Assembly: GCA_046704165.1 (NCBI GenBank)
Contig: JBJKSI010000125.1
Location: forward strand, 5,672 to 69,671
DNA length: 64,000 nt
Direction: 5' to 3'
DNA from: Candidatus Acidiferrales bacterium
GTDB taxonomy: Bacteria; Acidobacteriota; Terriglobia; Acidiferrales; UBA7541
A program made the position numbers and the translations under genes. Numbering within the stretch: the first letter of the stretch is position 1; each line of letters starts with the position of its first letter. This document shows, one piece after another, positions 10,768-17,314 of the stretch. The notes under the pieces are model-generated. The model was not told the DNA's origin, did not search any database, and saw only the letters and a list, made by a program, of their open reading frames with translations.

Positions 10768-11178
10768 TCAAGCGGCGACGGCGCGGGAGTTGGGTTGTTG
10801 GGCCAGCGCGGCGAGCTGGGCCTCGTTGACGATGCGTTCGATTGCCTCGAGGAATTCGGCCGGCCGGAGGGCCGGAGCGCCGAGACACGGGCTGCCGCGG
10901 TCGAGGATTGGCACCCACCAGAATCCGTCTTCCACAGGGAGGCGATAGAAAGCGGAGCAGCGCGAACGTTCGATTCGGGAGATCAGAGGACTGGCGAGGT
11001 GCAGGGGATGGATGCTGAGGAGCAGGTCGAATGAGTCAGAGGCGGCGAGCGCCAAGGCCTGCTCAACGCCGAGAGCCACCGTGCACGTGCAGTGGAGAGA
11101 CTCAAGGAGCCTGCGCACGCGAAAGAGGCCGTTCGCCGCTTCCCCGAGGAAAAGCGCTCTTGCCGTCGCGTGACCCAT
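10768..11178 (-). CDS. Hypothetical protein with degenerate receiver (REC)-like fold
   Basis: Third-codon-position GC is high. RALFLGEAANGLFRVRRLLESLHCTCTVALGVEQALALAASDSFDLLLSIHPL follows the REC beta-alpha pattern, but the acidic pocket is GE and the phospho-acceptor position is Ser. Start taken as ATG 11178; the track ORF extends to 11301. Confidence 0.4.
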   Translation of the reverse strand: MGHATARALFLGEAANGLFRVRRLLESLHCTCTVALGVEQALALAASDSFDLLLSIHPLHLASPLISRIERSRCSAFYRLPVEDGFWWVPILDRGSPCLGAPALRPAEFLEAIERIVNEAQLAALAQQPNSRAVAA

Positions 11179-12057
11179 GACTACCACTTCCGACAGGTTT
11201 GCCGTTTCCGCGGCGGTTTCTGAGTTCCATTTGAGCGGCCAAAAAATGGGAAGGCAGCGGTTGGCGGTACGATGGATCCAGCCCTGCGGCTGGTACGCCA
11301 TTACCGGAAGGCGTTTTCTTCCTTATCCGTACTCAGCCGCTGCCTATTCTCAGAGGCCGCGGATTGGCAGGTACGCTTCGAATCCCGTAGCTAGCGGGGG
11401 CGGGAATTCGCCGTACCCTGTCGCGAGAAGGGCGCAACCCCCTTTTCGTGCCGGATCGCGACGCTGGTCCTTTCGACCGGTATCGACGCCATCCGTTTTG
11501 CCTCTGAACCAGCACTGCCTAGGTGAGCACGCGAGATGCCAATCCGGCGGGCGGTACGCCTCCGCAAGTCCTTCCTGCGCTGGGCGATGTCTAGGTCGCA
11601 AATGGCGGCGAATCCGCCAAGAGAGACGCTTGGGGACTTTGCCCCAAGCGAGCGAAGAGTGACTCACCGGCGCGGCAAAACACAGGCTGCGTCTCACTGA
11701 ATCCAAAGACACCCGCAAGAGGAATCCTCCGAACGCATTAAACGCAGAACGCTTTTGCTGACCGCTGTCGCGAGCTGCTTTCACAGTGAACTTGGGCGAA
11801 GGGAAATAGTCGCTTCCGCCTTGGGAGTTTTGACGCTGCGCCGTGTGAGTTTTCCCGGGGCAGTTCTCGGGTAGATGCAAAGCGAAACGGTAATCACCAG
11901 ACATTCAAGGACTTGGGTTCATTCCCGAGAAGCTCTCTTTTGGGGACAGGCGTGCACGAACTTTGGCAAAGGCGAAGGCCGGGAAACGCTTCCAGCGGGG
12001 GAAGACGTCGCCGGCCAAGCGCAGCCGCCGCCCGGCGGCCGAGCAAGGAGAAAGACC

Positions 12058-12513
12058 ATGAAAGTAAAAAAGGCGATGACGAAAGAGCTGCAGTGCTGCA
12101 CTCCGTTCGACACGGTAGTGGACGCCGCCCGCCTGATGCAGACACACGACGTGGGCGCCATCCCGGTGATCAAGGACAAGCAGTCGATGCAGTTGGCCGG
12201 CATCATCACCGATCGGGACATCACATGCCGGGTGACCGCGGCTGGCAAGGCGCCGGGAGAAGTTCGCGTGCAGAAGGCGATGACGCCGAATCCGGTGATC
12301 TGCCATCCGGAAGACAGCCTGGACGATTGCGCGTTGCAGATGCAGAAGCACCGGGTGCGGCGTTTGCCGGTGCTCGACGAGAAGGGCGTGCTGGTGGGCA
12401 TCATCGCTCAAGGGGACATCGCGCGGCACCTGAAGGCCGAGAAGGTAGGCCGGACGGTGGCGAAGATTTCGATGCCAATGCGGCCGCGGCCCCTTCGCCA
12501 CGCCGCGGCTTGA
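12058..12513 (+). CDS. CBS-pair (Bateman domain) protein, Hrp1-like
   Basis: ATG 12058 lies 7 nt after AAGGAG. Two CBS motifs (AMTKELQCCTPFDTVVDAARLMQTHDVGAIPVI...GIITDRDI and AMTPNPVICHPEDSLDDCALQMQKHRVRRLPVLDEKGVLVGIIAQGDIARHL). No other domain. Confidence 0.85.
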   Translation: MKVKKAMTKELQCCTPFDTVVDAARLMQTHDVGAIPVIKDKQSMQLAGIITDRDITCRVTAAGKAPGEVRVQKAMTPNPVICHPEDSLDDCALQMQKHRVRRLPVLDEKGVLVGIIAQGDIARHLKAEKVGRTVAKISMPMRPRPLRHAAA

Positions 12514-12598
12514 GCGAAAGCTGGAAAAGCGGTCCGGCCCGGCTTTTGCCGCGGCAGGGGATCGGCGGCGCGCCGGGCCGTGGCCGGGAAAGGCAGCC

Positions 12599-13780
12599 AT
12601 GTTGGAGATGAGTGAAGTGCGCGCTTTTTCGAGTCTGCCGCGGCCGGTGTTGACAGCCTACCTGGATACCCACCCGGCGAAAGCATCGAACCACGGCCCG
12701 ACACCCGAATACCTGACGTGGATGAACGCCGCGGGAAAGGCCTTGTTGACCGGAGTGCCGGCCGAGGAACGGAAGCTGCTGGAGGAGCAGCTGGATCGCG
12801 TGGAGCTCTACCTCCGTGACCGGGTGCGGACGCAGCGGGGGATGCTGGTGTTTGCCGGCGCGGAGTTGTGGCAGCCGGTGCCGCTGCAGGTGGAGGTACA
12901 AAACGAGCTGCATTGGGGCCGACCGGCGCTTTCGCAGTTGCTCGGCCTGCTGAGCCGGTACAAGCCGTACGGCGTGGCGGTGGTGGACCTGAGCGGGACG
13001 CGCTTTTTCCGCTACCACCTCGGCGAACTGAGCGAAATCGAGGAGAAGAAGTTCGAGATCGATATTTCGCACTGGCGGAAGAAGGATATGGGGAAGTTCT
13101 CCCACAAGGACATCACGAAATCGCGGGGAGTGGACCGCGACAACTTCGAGCGGCGGATGGAGGAGCAATACAAGAAGCTGTGCGCGGAAACTGCCCAGCG
13201 CGCGCACCAACTGGCGGAAACACACGGCTTGGTTGCGTTCTTTCTGGTGGGCGAAGACCGGCTGATCGAGGCGATCGCGGAGTCTTTACCGGCTGATTTC
13301 CGACCGCGCGTGGTGAAGATCCAGGAAGACCTGGCGAAGGTAGTCTCGCCGGCGCTGGAAGCGAGGCTGGAGCCGCACGTGGAGGAATGGCAGCGGGCGC
13401 AGCAGTCGGAAATGGTAACATCGCTGCTCGAAGGCAAGCGCGGCACCGTAACCGGACTCGATCGGACTCTCGATGAATTGCAGAACGGAATGGTTCGGTT
13501 GCTGCTGCTCGCCGCCGATCTGGATCCGACACTGCGGCAGTGCACACGCTGCGGCCGGACCGACCGGGCGGATGGGTCCGTCTGCCTCTACTGCGGCGCC
13601 CAGTGCCGAGCGGCGAGTTTGCGCGACGTGTTGCCGGAGTTGGCGTGGAAGCACGGCGTCGAAGTGGAAATCGTGGACGAGAAGACGTCGGAACGACTGC
13701 GGGAGGCGGGCAGCATCGGTGGCTGGCTGCGGCTGCCGAAGCAGAACAGCGCCCGACGCGCGAGCCGGCGAGCGGGATAG
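12599..13780 (+). CDS. Bacterial eRF1/Pelota-like (baeRF-type) protein with C-terminal zinc-ribbon insert
   Basis: 393 aa with a three-domain layout. The central domain is YGVAVVDLSGTRFFRYHLGE...ISHWRKKDMGKFSHKDITKSRGVDRDNFERRMEE. The eRF1_3-like C-domain is VTGLDRTLDELQNGMVRLLLLAADLD..CTRCG..VCLYCG...GVEVEIVDEKTSERLREAGSIGGWLR. There is no GGQ tripeptide anywhere in the protein. Confidence 0.7.
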   Translation: MLEMSEVRAFSSLPRPVLTAYLDTHPAKASNHGPTPEYLTWMNAAGKALLTGVPAEERKLLEEQLDRVELYLRDRVRTQRGMLVFAGAELWQPVPLQVEVQNELHWGRPALSQLLGLLSRYKPYGVAVVDLSGTRFFRYHLGELSEIEEKKFEIDISHWRKKDMGKFSHKDITKSRGVDRDNFERRMEEQYKKLCAETAQRAHQLAETHGLVAFFLVGEDRLIEAIAESLPADFRPRVVKIQEDLAKVVSPALEARLEPHVEEWQRAQQSEMVTSLLEGKRGTVTGLDRTLDELQNGMVRLLLLAADLDPTLRQCTRCGRTDRADGSVCLYCGAQCRAASLRDVLPELAWKHGVEVEIVDEKTSERLREAGSIGGWLRLPKQNSARRASRRAG

Positions 13781-13859
13781 CGGGGAAAAGCCGCCGACGG
13801 GCCCTTCAGGCAGCGCATTGAAGCGGTAAGCGCCAGGGGAAGGGCGAGCGGCCGGATCG

Positions 13860-16800
13860 ATGAGCAGGCTCGCCAGGATCGTGAAAAGCAAGAGCGCGGG
13901 CTACGTTGCCGCGGTGCTGGGCGTGGCCGCAGCGACGGTGGTTTGCGCCGCGGTGCGCGGCGACATCACCGCCGGAACGGCCGCGCTCGCAATGCTATTG
14001 GTGGTGCTTTTCGTGGCGGCCGGCTGGGGCAGCCGGCCTGCATTCCTGGCATCGATCGTCGGAGTGCTCAGCCTGAGTTTCTTCTTCCTGCCGCCCATCT
14101 ACAGACTGACCATGCGCGATCCACGAAACTGGATCGACCTACTCGTTTTTTTTGTCACCGCATTCATTGCGGGTCAACTCTCCGAGCGATCGAGACGGCG
14201 TGAACAGGCGCTGCGCGAAAGCGAGGCAAACCTCAATACGGCGCAGAAGATCGCCGAGCTGGGAAGCTGGCACCTGGACATTGCACACAACCGGCTGACA
14301 TGGTCGGCGGAAGTGTTCCGCATGTTTGGAATGCCCGAGTCGGCGGTGCCGACCTACGAAATATTCTTGGACAAGGTGCATCCGGAAGACAGGGAGTTGG
14401 TGGATCGGGCCTGGCAGGATGCTCTGACGGGCGGGCACTACGACATCGAACATCGTTTGCTGGTGAGTGGCGAAGAGAAATGGGTGCGGGAAATGGCTCG
14501 GGTACGGCTGGACGCAAGCGGCAATGCCATCGAAGGAATCGGTACGGTGCAGGACATCACCGAGCGGAAGCGGAACGAGGCGGCGCTGCGGAGATCGAAC
14601 GAGGAGATGCAGGACCTGGCGCGGTTGCAGGCGACCGTGGCCGATCTGGGACAGCGAGCACTGAAGCACAGGTCGCCGGAGGAGGTAGCCGACGACGTGA
14701 CGAGCCGGGTGGCGCTGACGCTGAACGTGGACTATTGCAAGATCCTGGAATTCCTGCCGGACCGGCAGGCACTGCTGCTGCAATCGGGCGTGGGCTGGAA
14801 GCCGGGTAGCGTGGGCCACGCGACGGTGGGGATCGGCGCGGAATCGCAGGCCGGATACGCGCTGGAGACAGAGCAGCCCGTGGTGGTGCAGGACTTGAAA
14901 ACGGAAAAACGCTTCCAGGGGACTTCACTGCTGCACGAGCACGGCGTGGTGAGCGGCATCAGCGTCGTAATCCCAACCAAGGAAGGTCCCTACGGCGTGC
15001 TCAGCGTGCATTCGCGCACACGGCGGACCTTCAGCACGAACGAGGTGAACTTCCTGCAGTCGGTGGCCAACGTGCTCGGCTCGGCCATCGAGCGCCAGCA
15101 CGCCGAGATTGAACTGTGGCGGATCAACCGCGCGCAGCGCGCACTGAGCAAGTGCAACGAGGCTCTGATCCGGGCGAGTGACGAGACGGCGTTGCTACAG
15201 CAGGTGTGCTCGATCGTGGTGGAAGAGGCTGGCTACCGCTTCTGCTGGGTGGGGCGCGCGGAGCAGGACGAGCCGCGAACAGTGCGGCCGGTGGCCAAGG
15301 CGGGATTCGAGGCCGGGTACCTGGACAGCCTGGCAATCAGCTGGGCCGACACGGAGCGGGGGCGCGGGCCGGCGGGGTTGAGCGTGCGAACGCGCCAGAC
15401 TGTGGTGGCGAGGAACATCGCTACCGATCCGAAAATGGCGCCGTGGCGCGAGGAGGCGCTGAAGCGGGGCTATGCGTCGTGCCTGGCGATTCCACTGCTG
15501 ATCGATTCGAGCGTGTTCGGCTCGATCCTGATCTACGCCTCGGACCCGGAAACCTTCGGCCCCGAGGAGGTGAATCTGCTGACGGAGATGGCCTCGGATC
15601 TTGCATTTGGCATTACCACGTTGCGGACGCGGGCCGAGCGCGCCCGGGCGGAAGAGGAGGTGCGCAGGCTGAACGCGGAGCTGGAGCAGAGGGTGGCGCG
15701 CCGCACGGCACAGCTGCAGAAGGCGACCCGCGAGTTGGAACAGGCACGCGAGCGGGAGATGGAGGTGGGTTCGCGCATCCAGCAGACGCTGCTGCTCGAT
15801 CAGCCGCCGCAGGACGTGCCCGGACTGGGTGTGGCGGCGCTGACGGTGCCCTCGCAAAAGATCGACGGCGATTTCTACATTTTCCTGAAACACGGGGACG
15901 AGTCGATGGACGTGATTCTGGGAGACGTGATGGGGAAAGGCGTTCCGGCGGCATTGCTAGGATCGGCCACGAAGAGCCAGTTTCTGAAAGCGTTCACGCG
16001 CCTGCTGGACCTTTCGAAGGGGCGGGCGCTGCCGGAACCGCGTGAAGTGGTGATGCTGGCGCACGCGGGGCTGGTGCGCGAGTTGATCAACCTGGAGAGC
16101 TTCGTGACGCTGTGCTACGCGCGGCTGGATGCGGGCCGCCGGCGAATGGACCTGGTCGATTGCGGGCACACGGGAATCCTGCACTGGCGCGGCCGGACGG
16201 GGTTGTGCGAGATGCTGCACGGCAAGAACCTGCCGCTCGGCGTGGTGGAAGGGGAGATTTACGAACAGTTCACCGTTCCGGTGGAGGAGGGCGACCTGCT
16301 GTTGCTGTTCTCCGACGGGATCACCGAGGCGCGGAACGCGGCCAAGGAGCCGTTTGGCATCCAGCGACTGGAAGAATGCGTGCGGGCCTATCGAGAACTG
16401 GACCTGAGCGAACTGCTGGAGGCGATCCGGCGGGAAGTGGTAGCCTTTTCCGGCTCCGAGCAGCTGACGGACGATCTGACCAGCGTGGTGATCCGCGTGG
16501 CGGAGGCCGTGCGGCCGGTGAGGACCGCGGAAACCGCGATCCGGAGCGAGTTGACGCAGTTGCGGCGTGCGCGCGAATTCGTGCGTCAGTTCTGCCGGGA
16601 CCGCTCCGTTCCGGCACTGGGCCAGAAATGCGTGGAAGGGCTGGAGTTGGCGGTGAGCGAGGCGGCCAGCAATATCATGAAACACGCCTACCGCGGCCGG
16701 ACCGACCAGTGGATCGGGCTGGACGGAGAAGCGTTTGAGGATCGGGTGCTGTTCCGGCTGCATCATTTCGGCGAGCCGTTCGATCCGACGATGGCGAAAC

Positions 16801-16964
16801 CACCGGTGCTGGACGGGTCTTGCGAATCAGGGTTTGGTGTCTATCTGATTACTCAAATTACCGACAGTGTGCGTTACTATCGCGACGAGCGCGGACGAAA
16901 CTGCGTGGAGCTTATGAAGATCTGCAAATCCCCCGTACGTGAAAGCGAGACTGCATGGAACTAG
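13860..16964 (+). CDS. Multidomain sensor: DUF4118-like TM module, PAS, 2x GAF, coiled coil, PP2C/SpoIIE phosphatase, RsbW/SpoIIAB-like HATPase
   Basis: 1034 aa. KdpD-type membrane N-terminus. PAS (ELGSWHLDIAHNRLTWSAEVFRMFG...IEGIGTVQDITERKRNE). Two GAF regions. SpoIIE motifs (IDGDFYIF, ILGDVMGKGVPAALL, LLLFSDGITEA). C-terminal anti-sigma-kinase-like N-box and G-box (LAVSEAASNIMKHAY, ESGFGVYLI). Confidence 0.85.
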   Translation: MSRLARIVKSKSAGYVAAVLGVAAATVVCAAVRGDITAGTAALAMLLVVLFVAAGWGSRPAFLASIVGVLSLSFFFLPPIYRLTMRDPRNWIDLLVFFVTAFIAGQLSERSRRREQALRESEANLNTAQKIAELGSWHLDIAHNRLTWSAEVFRMFGMPESAVPTYEIFLDKVHPEDRELVDRAWQDALTGGHYDIEHRLLVSGEEKWVREMARVRLDASGNAIEGIGTVQDITERKRNEAALRRSNEEMQDLARLQATVADLGQRALKHRSPEEVADDVTSRVALTLNVDYCKILEFLPDRQALLLQSGVGWKPGSVGHATVGIGAESQAGYALETEQPVVVQDLKTEKRFQGTSLLHEHGVVSGISVVIPTKEGPYGVLSVHSRTRRTFSTNEVNFLQSVANVLGSAIERQHAEIELWRINRAQRALSKCNEALIRASDETALLQQVCSIVVEEAGYRFCWVGRAEQDEPRTVRPVAKAGFEAGYLDSLAISWADTERGRGPAGLSVRTRQTVVARNIATDPKMAPWREEALKRGYASCLAIPLLIDSSVFGSILIYASDPETFGPEEVNLLTEMASDLAFGITTLRTRAERARAEEEVRRLNAELEQRVARRTAQLQKATRELEQAREREMEVGSRIQQTLLLDQPPQDVPGLGVAALTVPSQKIDGDFYIFLKHGDESMDVILGDVMGKGVPAALLGSATKSQFLKAFTRLLDLSKGRALPEPREVVMLAHAGLVRELINLESFVTLCYARLDAGRRRMDLVDCGHTGILHWRGRTGLCEMLHGKNLPLGVVEGEIYEQFTVPVEEGDLLLLFSDGITEARNAAKEPFGIQRLEECVRAYRELDLSELLEAIRREVVAFSGSEQLTDDLTSVVIRVAEAVRPVRTAETAIRSELTQLRRAREFVRQFCRDRSVPALGQKCVEGLELAVSEAASNIMKHAYRGRTDQWIGLDGEAFEDRVLFRLHHFGEPFDPTMAKPPVLDGSCESGFGVYLITQITDSVRYYRDERGRNCVELMKICKSPVRESETAWN

Positions 16965-17314
16965 CTACCGACACTACCGGCAACGTAGCCGTGGTCGAGA
17001 TCCCCGTTGACGAGTTGGATGCCAGCAACGCCGGAGAACTGAAGCGCGACATCGCTCCGGTGCTGGAAAGCCACACACGTCTGGTGATCGACATGAGCCG
17101 GCTGCGTTTCATCGATAGCTCCGGGCTGGGCGCGATGCTCTCGTGCTTGCGGCAGGTGAGCGCCAAACAGGGCGACCTGAAGCTGTGCTGCATGACGCGG
17201 CAGGTTCGCGGCACGTTCGAACTGGTGCGCATGCACCGCATCTTCGACATCTTTCCCACGCGGGAGGAAGCCGTGCGCGCATTCCGTGCTCAAGGGGACG
17301 GGCACGCGAAATGA
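16955..17314 (+). CDS. STAS-domain anti-sigma-factor antagonist (SpoIIAA/RsbV-like)
   Basis: 119 aa. LVIDMSRLRFIDSSGLGAMLSCLRQV carries the conserved phosphorylatable Ser in DSSGLG. It overlaps the sensor gene by 10 nt and glgP by 4 nt (ATGA). Confidence 0.9.
   Translation: MELATDTTGNVAVVEIPVDELDASNAGELKRDIAPVLESHTRLVIDMSRLRFIDSSGLGAMLSCLRQVSAKQGDLKLCCMTRQVRGTFELVRMHRIFDIFPTREEAVRAFRAQGDGHAK

Noticed and set aside
11350-11904. 184-aa minus-strand ORF, and the 161-aa plus-strand ORF (11177-11662), in the long gap upstream of the CBS gene
   Set aside because: The peptides are Arg/Ser/Pro-rich without secondary-structure-like periodicity. They have no SD and no motif. I kept the region as a non-coding finding instead.
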